Shown: in pieces, positions 1 through 11,979 of the stretch
Layout of the letters: every line of letters starts with the position of its first letter
Numbering within the stretch: position 1 is the stretch's first letter
Translations under genes and position numbers: made by a program
The notes under the pieces: model-generated
Databases searched by the model: none
The model's input: the letters and a program-made list of their open reading frames with translations, nothing else
Told to the model about the DNA's origin: nothing
From: Phaeosaccion multiseriatum
Taxonomy: Eukaryota; Protista; Ochrophyta, other classes
Direction: 5' to 3'
Length of the DNA stretch: 64,000 bases
NCBI GenBank assembly: GCA_965112735.1
Contig: OZ218960.1
Span: forward strand, 1,240,001-1,304,000

Positions 1-314
1 TGTGGTGCTGGGGGTTTGTAGTGCTTCCGTGGTGAAGAAGAGAGAGAGAGAGGGAAAGAGAAGGGAGATGGCAGGGGACGGGGGGGGGGGGCACTATCCC
101 GGGTGGGCCGTGCGGCAGGGACCCAAACGTGATAGGCAGGGACCCAAACAAGATAGTATGGAGAGTCCGCATAGCCCCCCCGGGGGTGTTATGTAAGGCT
201 TACATGGGCGGCTTGCTTCTTCCTGTCAGTGATGGTGCGCGCTTCGATCTCGCTCTTGGTGATCTCTCCCTTGTAGTAAAGGTCCTCCAGCTTGGCGGCA
301 CTGAGAAGGCAAAC

Positions 315-346
<32 letters not shown>

Positions 347-2181
347 CACACGCACATACACACGAAGAGGAGGACAGATGTGATGAGCCGGGATCCCAAG
401 ACCTCCTACACCCTGACCCTGACCCTGACCCTGACCCTGACCCTGACCCTCACCCCCACCCTGAAGCCTCAAGAGAGAGCCCTGCTACGAGCCTCAGCTT
501 TAAGCCTCAAAACCCCGGGGGGAGGGCCGGAGGGGCCTCTGCAGAGAGATGAGATGAGAAGAAGAGATGAGGCGCTCTCATGTTCTGTCTCTCCCTCCCT
601 CCCCCCCCCCCTCCTCTCTCTCTCCCTCTCCTTCTCCCTCTCTCTCTCTCTCTCTCTCTCTGCCTCCTTCCCTCCCCCCATCCCTCCCTTCCTCCCTCTG
701 CCCGTTCCTCTCTCTCTCTCTCTCTCTCTCTCCCTGTCTCTCCCTCTCTCTCTCTCTCTCTCTGACCTTGGGGGTGCCCCCAGTGCGATGATGCGCTCAA
801 CGTTCTGCAGCAGTTTGGCGCAGCGCACAAAGTACACGGCGTTTCCGTTCTCGTTGTGGGCTCCATCGGGGCGCTCCACCTGGGGGGATGGCAGTGGATG
901 GAGGTGACAGCAAATGAGAGAGATTGCGATTGTACCTCTTTCTCCTTCCCTCTCTTTTAGCACCGTGAGGGGTGTGTGTGTGGGTCTCCCTCCCTCCCTC
1001 CACCTGCCCCTGGCCTCGACCCTTTTACCCTTCTTGATGTGAGTCTCCCTCCCTCCCTCCCTCCACCTGCCCCTGGCCCTGGCCTTGGCCTCGACCCATA
1101 TACCCTTACTTGATGACCCATATACCCTTACTTGATAGTCCTCCAATGCGGCGATGAGGATCCAGTTGAGCTGCAGAGCCACGTGAATGCTCTGCTGACA
1201 GATGACCAACGCAAACTTCTCTAGGGCCATGTTGGAGACGTCTGCCTCTATGTGAATCACCATATGCGCCAGCTGAGGGAGGTAGAATTCGACTCCGTTG
1301 AAGACGGTACGTGAGTTTGAGTTCTCCATGAGCTGGTCTGTAACGGCTTTGATGACGTCCTTATCCTTGCGATTGGCCCAGATGAAGGACACCACGACAC
1401 GCATGTCGAGGTTTCCGCTGCTGTCCACGAGCTTGCGGAATAGCCTTTTGGGGGTGGGGTAGGGTGTTGTGGGGGGGGGGGGGGTTGTTCGCGTATGTGT
1501 GTGTGGGTGGGGGAGGGGCAGGGAGGAAAGGAGAGAGGGCGAAAGAGGGGAGACAAAAGAGGGCGTAAGAGATCGAAGAGAGAGATCGAAGAGAGGGAGT
1601 GAGGGAGAGAGAGAGAAGGAGTAGTTGAGTAAGAGAGGAAGGAATGAAGACGATGAAGCATTGAGTAGTTGAGTAAGAGAGGAAGGAATGAAGACGATGA
1701 AGCATTGAGTAGTTGAGTAAGAGAGGAAGGAATGAAGACGATGAAGCTAAGCATTGTGTCGTCGACTGATTCCCAAGAGAGCCTGAACTGCCAACAGCAG
1801 CAGGTAGCCACGCGGGCAGTCCCTCGTTGAAGAAAAGATCAGCATGAGTACCCCCGTTCCAAGGGAGAGCCGACCATCAAGCTTCAGGAGACAGGACGGC
1901 TGTTCCCCCCCCCCCCCCCCTCCCGTTCCGAGGGTCGCGAAGCGACCAACCCACATCTCAGGGAGCAGAGAGCGGCGACAATCGCCGCCTTGCCTCCATG
2001 CGACGACCCCCCTCAGCCCCTCTGGTTCAGCCCTCTGGCTGCACTGCAAATTGACTGCCCGTAGTGTGCTATCTTATCCCTCCTTTCCTTGTCCTTCCCC
2101 GACTCACTCTGCGTCTACTCCGTCGGCTGGCACGGTGCCCCCTCCCGCTGCTGCTCCTGCTGCTGCCGCGGTGCTCGCCAT
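1..2181 (-). CDS. Phosphatidylinositol 4-kinase (type III-beta-like), N-terminal part; multi-exon, runs off left edge
   Basis: Exons about 2181-2108 (MASTAAAAGAAAGG..), 1444-1132 (LFRKLVDSSGNLDMRVVVSFIW..VEFYLPQLAHMVIH..ALEKFALVICQQSIHVALQLNWILIAALEDYQ), 879-768 and about 300-204 join in frame at GT-AG sites. EFYLPQL / C..S.H.AL...W is the PIK helical domain signature. The kinase domain is not in the window and the first exons are uncertain. Confidence 0.75.
1619..1747. repeat. 44-bp tandem repeat x3 (intronic)
   Basis: gagtagttgagtaagagaggaaggaatgaagacgatgaagcatt repeated three times. Confidence 0.9.
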
Positions 2182-3594
2182 GGCAGAGCAATAGGGCGGA
2201 GAGTAGAGACTACCCTGGCTCAGATGCTTCAGTCAGTCCGGTCTGGCTGAATGCGAGAGAGGGTTCGCTTCTTTCGAAGGGGAATCTCTGGTGCGGTTCC
2301 TTTCGTTGAGGTAACTCCTCTGCTGCTGGGGCAGGGTTTGGGGCTCTGAATGATGTACTGGCTTACCGAAAAGCCTCCCACCTAACCACTCCACGCTCTC
2401 GTTAGCTGCTCCTCCAGCTAATCATCCTGCTGTGTGTGCTGCCACACTTGCTAGTTGTTTTGTCCCGCGTCAGCAGATTCAGCAGGAAGAGGAATTTGAC
2501 GAACCGGGGTTGGAAGGAGGAACAGGAGAGAGACACACAGTCAGGCTTAGTGGGACAACGACTCCAAGCACAATGCTGTGTTGGGTACGCTCGCTGGTGG
2601 TCAATGATGGGATATTGTGATGGACAGGGAGGAGAAAAGGGATGGAACGCGGGAGAGAGCGAGTGGGTCGAGAACACAAGAATTTGTGCGTAAAAGTGGG
2701 GTGTGACGCACGAGACCAGGACCCACTCGTCCACAAGAAGGATCCCACACTCCTCCTCCACCGCTACTTGTGCTAAGCCCTCACCAACACGTTCCACTCT
2801 TGCGATGAATTCTGTGCAAGGACACCAAAACGGCTTAAGCTGAAACTGAAACTGCCCGTATGCCTGACATGCCCAGCACCCCCCCGGGTTTCATCTCCCG
2901 ATCATCGTAGCTGCAAACGATCCAAACAGCACTTTTTTTGAGCAGCGAGGCAAGGAGGAAGACCAACCGCCGGTGCCCCACCGCCTCACCTCTCTGTGTG
3001 CTTCACTTTAGTCGGTATGCAGTGCCTTTTGCAAAGCAGCAGCGGCAGCTCCAGCAGCGGTACAAGTCGAAGAAGTCTCGACAAGTTTTGAACTGGACAA
3101 ACTCCCTCGTCGCGGCTTGAGCGCTCTACCTGGAGGTGAGGTGGCCAGAAAATGCACCTCTAGATCACCGTGCTACATGAGGCAGAGTACTGACCCCAGC
3201 GGCGACCTTTGGGCCCGCTCCAATCGTCTATTCTCCCTCCTCTGAGTGTGGAAAGGGGCCGAAGGAAACGTGGCCATCTCGATAGCATTGCTTTTGCTTG
3301 CGGCTGCCGCGCCCTTGAGGCAACCCCTCTGCAGTCACACCCTTGATATTCCTGCCTCTACCCTCCCTCTTACACGTCGCCTTTCCTCCCGCCCCTTGTT
3401 TGCTCAGGGCCAACGGGCGTCGACAGCGCAGGAGGTATACTAGCACAAAGTCAGTTTTGTTTTTGTACAGCAGCAAGCAGGACATCCTTGGAGGCCGATC
3501 CGAAGTGTGCCTGCGTATTGAGCTGCTGATGCCAATCGGCTAGACCCTTAGGCGAACACGTTGGATTAGAGGTAGTGCTCGGCGCCGTGGGAAC

Positions 3595-5960
3595 ATGAAG
3601 ACGACAACGCGGCGAGGGGTCATCGTGGGAGTCCTTGGGCTCACGGGAGGAGGCGGCTCATGCACGGGAATAAACAGGGCAGGTGGAGTCATTGGAGTAG
3701 CAGCAACAACAGCAGTAGCAGCAGCAGGATCAGTGGGGGTTCACACACCACAAGGAAGGGCACGCGGAGGAAGGGGTGCAATGGCCGGACGGAGTGTGGT
3801 GGCAGCTTTCCAGGCTACCCCAGCCACACGCAAGGATGGACTACGCACCAGCTCAGGGAGGCTCACAGCGCCCCCGAGAGGAGGAGGAGGTGGGGTGGGT
3901 GGGAGGGTAACAAGAGGGCGAAGTGAGACGTGGGCACATAAATGCAACAGCAGCGGCAGCAGCAGGAGGAGCAGCCGAGGCAGTGGTAGTCGGCAGCGGC
4001 CTTCGGCAGTAGTCATGGATGCATCATCAGAATCAGTAGGAGGAGAGACTGGAAGATCGGGTCGGAGGAGAAGGGGGGGAATGGGGCTGCCCAAGATCGT
4101 ATCTGCGTCGGGCCTTCGCGCCTTTGCACGGAGGAGCACCAAGAATGAGCTGAACCAAGGGGTAAGTAAGTCGCTCTCGCGGAGATGATGAGCCAACACG
4201 CCCTGCAGGCTTGCAGGGTTATACATTGGGCCATCTTTACTGGGCCCCACAGTTGTGGTGCCTCTTGCCTCATCCGTCTTCTCTTCTCTCTTACCACCAA
4301 AAGACTTGTAGGGCTTTGCATGTAACACGTGTGCTTCGTACGTATTACATTCCCTCGTCGTCACCCCCCGCCGCAGACACATGCAGCAGTAACGGCGGCA
4401 GCAGTCGGAGCAGGAAGGCTGGCAGCCATCGATGGCAAGCGCGGCACGCTTACTCAGGACGACCGAGTGTCCCTGTCCGACCCCGCTGCGGCTACTTCCA
4501 AGTACATCTCACTGGACGTGTCTCTGGACCAAAGAGTGACCCCACAGCCCGTCAACCCGGGGCTCTTCGCGTTCAGGTGTGTGTGTGTGTGTGTAGAACT
4601 TTTTATCTGCTTGCCTTTCTCGCTTCACTACTCGCTCACTCACTGCTCACTCACTCACTCATCCACTCACTCATCCACTCACTCACTCACTCACTCACTC
4701 ATCCACTCACTCACTCACTCACTCACTCACTCACTCACTCACTCATCCACTCACTCATTCACTCACTCACTCACTCACTCATCCACTCACTCATCCACTC
4801 ACTCACTCACTCACTCACTCACTCACTCACTCATCCACTCACTCATCCACTCACTTACTCACTCACTCACTCACTCACTCACTCACTCACTCATCCACTC
4901 ACCCTTTGACTTTTCAAGCGTGCGTGGCGTGTGTGTAGCACCCCGCTGTTTTGTGTCCAAAAGAGTCCCACCCTTGCTCGTTTGCGATATTGAGCTGAGC
5001 TCACCCGAACTCTCTGTCCCTGAGTCTTTCTCTCTCTGCTGTATTCCTCAACGCTCTCTCTCTCCCCCGCCCTTCTGCTACGTCCCGTGCTTTCCACCAC
5101 CACCACCATCACCACCGCCTCCACCATCACCACCGCCGCCACCACCATCACCACCGCCGCCACCACCACCACCATTACCACCACCTCCACCATCTCCGCC
5201 ACCACTACCACCACCACCACGTTCACCACTTGACAGTTTCAGTATACTGCTGCTGAGCGTGGTTGCCGTTCTGGCAAGGGTCCCTCTCTTCCTGGGCTCA
5301 GCTCGGAACGTTCTTGATGACGCCTTGGGGACAGGCGGCTTGGGGGGGACGGTCGACGCCATCGCCCAGAAGCTGACAGGACCTTCGGGCTGGTGGGGTG
5401 AGGTAGCGTATCGGAAGAGGGTCATGCTGGGCAGACTAGCAGCGTGGGGAGACGGGTGGAAGATGGGCTGGGAGCGCAGGTTTGGGCCAGAGCAGGAGCA
5501 GCTACCCTCGGACTCTTGGTCCGTGTGTGTGTTGGAGGAGAGGGAGAAGCTTGGGCCCAAGTACATTCGCTACCGTTTCTCTCTGCCTGGCCCTAACTTG
5601 GTGCTTCCCCTGGAGTTGGGGCAGGAGCTCACTCTTTGTGGGCTGGACAGCAATGACCAGGCGACTTATGCCAGCTTCCCTCCCATCAGCAACCGCTCCG
5701 CCCTGGGCTATTTCGAAGTGGTGGTGGAGCGGAATAGGGAAAACACGGGCACGTCAAGTCAGCGCACTTTCACGGAGATGCTAAGGAAATTGGCCGTCGG
5801 TGAGTAAGGGGAGGAGGAAGAGGAGGAGGGGCGGAGGAGGAGAAGGAGGGAGAGGGGGCGGGGGGGAGGAGGTGGTGGTTGTCGCTGCCGGGGGGTGGAC
5901 GGACGGCAGGAAGGAAGGAACGTAGGAATGCAGACGGGGCGAGGATTGAAAAGCCACAAA

Positions 5961-6027
<67 letters not shown>

Positions 6028-7520
6028 CTCCCTCACTCTTACACCTCGCCTCCCTCCCAAACACAAACTCAAACTCAAACTGGGACCTCTACTCTCCTCA
6101 GGTGACGAGCTTGCGGTCAAGCCCGGCCGCTCAGCGCTCGTCTACAAGGGGCCGACGGACGCGCCAGTAACGGACGTTGTTATGATCTCCAGCGGCCTGG
6201 GCATCGTTCCCATGCTGCAGCTGGTACGTGGGAGGAGAGAAAGAGAAGAGTAGAGAAGGGAGAGAGTGTACACACGAGGCGTGATGCACCGATGCGGCTC
6301 TGTCGATACGTATGTCGATACATACGTAGGCTTACATGGGGTGGGAGCGCGCGGACGAGAGAATGCAGGGGAGGCGGGGGGTGCTCTTTCACTCCCGCCT
6401 TGAGTGTGTGTGTTGTTCATTTTCGATGAACAAAAGTTTTGACGTACCTCCCTCCCTCCCTCCACCCCTCCCTCCACCCCTCCCTCCCTCGCTCCCTCCC
6501 TCCCTCCCTCCCTCCCTCCCCCCCTCCCTCCCTCCCTCCCTCCCTCCCTCCCTCCCTCCCTCCCTCCCTCCCTCCCTCCCTCCCTCCCTCCCTCCCTCCC
6601 TCCCTCCCTCCCTCCCTCCCTCCCTCCCTCCCTCCCTCCCTCCCCAGACGGGCGAGCTCCTGCCCAGCAGAGAGAGCAGCGTGAACACCGCCACGGTCAT
6701 ATGGATGAACGAGCACAATGAGGACTTCACGCTGTATGACCGGCTCGAGAGTGTGAGTCATCACTGACGGGCCTCATCTGTCATCATTCTTTCCTCTTCC
6801 TGCTTCTTGACGTACAGCTCATTCTTTGCGCCGGCTGTGGCTGTGTTGGCTGATGTTTGGGAGGAGACGAATGCGGTTCTCTCTACCTCTATCTTACGGG
6901 CTTTGTTTGCCTCATTTGCCTCCCTGTATGAGACGACAAAGCCCACGGACCTGTACTCTCTTCTCGAACACAAGTCCTCTCCACTCCCTCCCCACCTACT
7001 CACAGTGGTCCTCTCCCCTTGTTGCTCACTCACTCACCTCATGCTGTTGTGTGTATCTACGCGCAGCTCTTCTACAAGTACAACAGCAAGCTTGATGTGT
7101 CTTGCATCATCGAGAGAGACCTCTTCGGGCACAACCTCGCCTCCAATGAGCAGGTAGGTATTGTAGTTGGTGATGCAGCAGCAGCTAGAGCATTCGTATT
7201 GATGCGTGAGGTTCCCGTCTCACTCACTCACTCACTCACTCACTCACTCACTCACTCACTCGCTCACTCACTCACTCATCAATTACGTCTTTGCTTTCAT
7301 CCCTGTGCGTTTTGGTGGCCCTGCTGGACCCCCTCCCTTCGCGCCCCCCCCCCCTCGACCCTGCTCCCTGCCTGCTTCGTGTCTGTAGCTGCGTGAGGCG
7401 GTGCCTCCCTTCGAGATGGGCACCATGGCCGTCGTTTCCGGGCCGGACTACTTCACCAGGAAGGTGGAGGAGTACCTCACTCGCCTGGGCTATCCGGAGA
7501 ACGTCATCGTGTCCATGTAG
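3595..7520 (+). CDS. Divergent NADH:cytochrome b5 reductase-like (FNR-fold) oxidoreductase, multi-exon
   Basis: Exons about 5235-5800, 6101-6223, 6648-6753, 7066-7153 and 7389-7520 give ..YRFSLPGPNLVLPLELGQEL..PIS..GYFEVVV..L.VGDEL.VKP..VVMISSGLGIVPMLQL..VSGPDYF..L.RLGY.ENVIVSM*, the CBR domain order. The 5' exons and start are uncertain. Confidence 0.75.
4630..4900. repeat. (ACTC)n intronic microsatellite
   Basis: Direct inspection. Confidence 0.95.
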
Positions 7521-8330
7521 AGCGTAGAGAGGAGAGGAGTTGAAAGAGGGGGGCACACGGCCAACCTCAAACTCAAAATCAAAGCCTTGTTGGCTCCTTG
7601 GCTCCTTCCCTTCTTTTGAGTGGGATGGCAGTGGATGGCAATGGAGGGGTGGAGGGGGCTTTAAATGAGAAGGTTGATGGGATTTGATTTGTGTGGGCAA
7701 GAGAGGTTGCATGGTCAGAGAGAGAGGGAGGGAGGGTGAAGGGGAGATTACACGAGTCTTGAGTGAAATGACGGAGGGAGGGCCACCTCAGCAGGCTGGA
7801 TGCTGTGTGTGCGTGTGCGTGCGTGTGCCGCAGGTGCGTTCAACGCACTATGCACTATCGTGTGTGCGTACAGGAGGAAAGGGAGCGAGGGGAGGTTTCT
7901 TTCCTTCGCTTCTTGAGTGGAGGCTGGCCACACCATGGCTGGCACATGAGGAAGAGGGAGGGGGAGGGGTTTTACGAAGAGGGCGGGCGTACAGATGGCG
8001 ACAGATGGGCGTGGATGTAGGGGAGAGGGGAGGGGAGGAAAGTGCCTGCATGTAGCCGAGGTACACCCAGAGCGCCTCTGGCGAGAGTCAGCAGCCCGAG
8101 CGGCAGGCGAGAGGGTGCCAACATTGCGCATGACCCCGGGCGGAAGAGAATGGAAGGAGGTTTGTTTCTTAAATTGCTCACGTTATTAGACTTGATGAAA
8201 GGGTCAAGGGCTTCCATGATACACAGACATACATACATACATACATACATACATACATACACATACAAATAGTACAGAGGTTGACCCAAGTCCAAACCCA
8301 ATATAGACGGGAAGGGAAGTTCAGAGTTCT

Positions 8331-8563
8331 CTACCCAGTAGGAGCAAGCGCTTCGAGAGCATGGACCCTCTTCCCCAGCTCCTCGAGCGAGGCTCGAAGC
8401 TCCTGGACAGAGGCACGTGTCTCTGTTTTGAAGCCCTGCTGCTCCTCCAACAGAGTCTTGCGCGTCTCGTCCGCAACTCCCACCTGCTTGTCGAAGCGCT
8501 GACCGAGCTCCGACAGGTCGGTCGCCATTCCTTCGGCAAGGACCTTCACCTCTGAAAGCAAGG

Positions 8564-8599
<36 letters not shown>

Positions 8600-8934
8600 C
8601 ACAAGCCAGCATGAGCGAGATGTACGTACCGCACACATCTAAAGTGGTGGAGGTTGCTCGCCTGCGGCGGTGGACGAGAGGTACCTCTCGTCCAGTGCTT
8701 TCACAGCGTTCTCCTCAATATGAGCGCTGGACTTGGCCAGCAGCGTTGCCTTGGCAATCTCCTTATAGGCGCGGATGGGGTGCTCAACGTAGGAGCCAGG
8801 GTCCGACGTGATCTTCTCGATCTCTTGCTCCTGTTTTCGTGAGAGGAAGTGCGTCAAGTGGAGGAAGAGGAGTCGAAGCAAGGCGGAGTGAGGCACACAT
8901 AAAGACGAAGACACGTCGCTCCTCTTCCTACACA

Positions 8935-8965
<31 letters not shown>

Positions 8966-9365
8966 CGAGAAGTCCTACTCTTTATACGTATTCCTCCCCT
9001 CTTCCTTACCGCGACGTTTGGGTCCATTGTCTGGGCCATGAGGCCCAGCCATTCCTTCAGCGAAGCTTCCGCGTCGGCCCTCTCGAGCTGAGCTTTGTTG
9101 AGGTTTCTCTGCAGCATGTCAAGAGCGGAGGGAAAAGGTGCAGGGGTCGACTCAGCACAAACACCAACAGGCTTGGCTCTCCTCAGCTCCAACAACAACG
9201 CACCTCAACGCTCACCCTACTCGCAGCGCGGATAGCCTCGGCATGGCGGGTCGCCAGCGCGGTCTCCCTCTCCTCAGAGTCGCCCTGCTGCTTGTCGCTC
9301 GCGAGAAAGAGCTCAAAGCCCCCGGCGTCTCCACCGCCGGCCTCCTCGCCCTGCGAAGGAAACAT
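8331..9365 (-). CDS. Unknown helical/coiled-coil protein, family copy A (4 exons)
   Basis: Exons about 9365-9204, 9108-9010, 8830-8662 and 8551-8331 splice in frame (last donor GC) and are collinear with copies B and D. Confidence 0.65.
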
Positions 9366-9525
9366 GTATTCACTCTCCCCGCCCATTGCTTCGTTCGGCT
9401 TTACGCGAGGGAGGGAAGATGGATTTTCACTTCTGGGCTACCTTTTGTCAAAAGGTCACCCCCGCAAAAGGGCTCTGCACTTTTTTTGTTCTTTCTCTCG
9501 GCTTTTTCTCTCCCTACCCTCCCCC

Positions 9526-11493
9526 ATGCCTCCTCTGGTGCCTGAATCGAGGCTCAAAGAGGCGTCTCGCATCCTCTACAGTCAAGGGGAGGAGCACTCC
9601 ACTCTGCTCGCTGCGACCGAGCTGCTCTTGGGAGGTGGAGACTCTTTGGAGAGGCCAGGCTCAGGGCCGCAGGTGGATGCTTCCGTCCTTCTGACGAGGA
9701 TGGTGAAGCAGCTTCAGCAGGATCCCTACCTCACTCTGGGGATAGACGCGTGCGCGGAGCCTAAGCACATCAAAGCCGCATACCACAGGTGTGTGTGTAC
9801 CTTTGCGCATTTTGCTAAATTTCACCAGAAAAGGCACTTTAAATCAAAAAGCTCAACGCAGGCAGACGACTTCTCTGCACCCTGATGGCACGTGTGGCAC
9901 AGATTGGCGAGGCGCTATCACCCGGACAGGAATGGAGTGGCGACTGGCGCAGCAGCGCCCCTCTTCGACCTCGTCAAGTGCGCGTACAACACCCTGTCCA
10001 ACCAAGACACCCGGAAAGCTTGGGATAGCGCACGGCAGAGTGAGAAGGCAGAGAGAGACAGGCTCCTCCGGCGCAGCTCCACGGGGGGAGTATGGAGCAG
10101 GAGTTGCTCAGCAGGCACCCGCACGGCAGGGGTTGTCCGTGAGTCGAGCAATGGCGACAGTCATGCCCATGGTGGTCGTCTTCGGAACACAGGCAGCGAG
10201 GACCACCACCCCGTCCCCGTGCCCAACGCAGCGGTAGGGTCAACGCCTCCTCTGAAGCCTACAACAGAGACGAGACCAGGAGAGGCAGCACGCGAGTCTC
10301 TCAGTACGACTTCCCATGCCCCGCACATGGCCTCGCGCTCTTCGATGGCCCCTCCAGCCTTCCCAGCGAGATCGGTGCCAAGCGACTCTTCAGAGCAGGC
10401 TCGGCGTCCAGTGACGGCAGCAGGAAGGGAGGAGTATGGGGAGAGGAGAAGAGCGGAGAACAGTGCGCAAGGAGCAGGAGAACGAGGAGGAGGGGGGCGA
10501 CCAGGAGGAGCAGGAGGAGAAGAACGAGCAGGAGCCCTTGGTGCGCGTACCGAGAGCGCTTGCGCGGGCACGGCACACCAGCATACGAAGAAGCCAGACA
10601 TTTTGGCCACCAATATGGAGCGGTGTGATCATATGCTAGCCCAAGGGAAAGAGCGGGCCTCAGGACATCGCAATCTGTCCCTTCAGCAACCGCCGACGAG
10701 AGTGCCCCGGCCATTCGCCTCTCTCAACGCCCATGTTACAAAGCGACACTTGCTAAGGGAGCACCCGGCACGGACATCGCCCGTCATTGCCATCATCGGG
10801 CCAGGTGATAAGATGGAGGTCTTGCAGCAGGGCGGGTCAAGTCCTTACTCTCTTCGCGCAGGGGCGAATTCCAATGGGAAGGCAGTCGAGGGGACAGTGT
10901 CGTCAGGCGAGGCAGGGGAGGAGCAAACCGAGGAGTGCTGGCTGCGAGTTCGCCTGGCTGGACAGGGGGCGAAGGAGGGCACGACGGGTTGGTGCTTGAG
11001 TCAGGAAGCACAGGGAGCGAGCGGGGCAGCGGAACCCTTCGTTCTTGTCTCCCACGAAGACGGCAGCAACTGCAACACGAGGGAGGAGGAGGAGAAGAAG
11101 AAGAAGAAGGAGGAGGAGGAGGAGCAGCAGCAGCAGCAGAGGCACTCCTCGTGCGCGCTACCGCACGTTCCACCTACTCTTGGGTATCGTGAAGAGGGCC
11201 ATGTCAACAGCCAAGAGCATGAAAGCCGTACCGACGCTCCGGCCAGGAGGACCTCTTGTCCCAACAGCTGCCACCTTCGGGTTTCAAGCTGCAGCAGAGG
11301 TGGCTCGAGTGCTACAGTCAGTGCTACGGCAGCACCGGACGGTCTCCACCACCCCTCGGGCGAGCCTCATGCATCAAGTTGCCGCCCACGAGCGAAAGCA
11401 GCTGCGCCTTCCCAGGAGGAAGCAAACGAGGGCGTGATTTGTCGCTCTGTTCGCTACATGGCGGCCTTTGTGCAACCACCGTGGAAGTATTGA
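9526..11493 (+). CDS. J-domain (DnaJ-type) protein with long disordered region and SH3b-like segment
   Basis: Exon 9526-9788 (DPYLTLGIDACAEPKHIKAAYHR) joins an exon from 9903 (LARRYHPDRN..LFDLVKCAYNTLSNQDTRKAWD), giving a complete J domain with HPD. Later LLREHPARTSPVIAIIGPGDKMEVL..WLRVRL..GWCLS resembles SH3b. The 3' end is uncertain. Confidence 0.8.
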
Positions 11494-11979
11494 GCAACCA
11501 TCGTGGAAGTACTGTGCAACCACCGTGCAAGTATTGAGGAGTGTATCTCGCCTCACCGAACCGAAAAGCAGCCGTTGTGGCTGGGAGGAGCCGACTAACG
11601 AGCTGTTGTACCATGCCAGCTCAGCATACTCGGGCGAGCAGGCAAGAGCGCGAGTGCGTTTCTTTAGGGGGGATGGGGAGTCGAGCAGCCGAAGAAGCAA
11701 AGAGGAAGGCTTGAGCCTAGGAACTACACTTCCCTTTAGCGTCAGCCCTTATAACATTAATCTGTCCGTTGACTTTTCTAACCACCCATTGGAGTACTGT
11801 ACTGGGCAGGAGCGCGCCTTGGCGTTGGCGAGTCTGCTCCCGATAGCCTCCTCCCTTGGGGAATGAATGGCTGCTGCTCTGCCTGAGTCGGAGATCCCGA
11901 GCTCCCTCTGGCGCCGGTCACTCCAGGCGAAACTGCCGCACCGACCAGCCTTCTTCCCTTTAATTAAAGCATGTGCATC

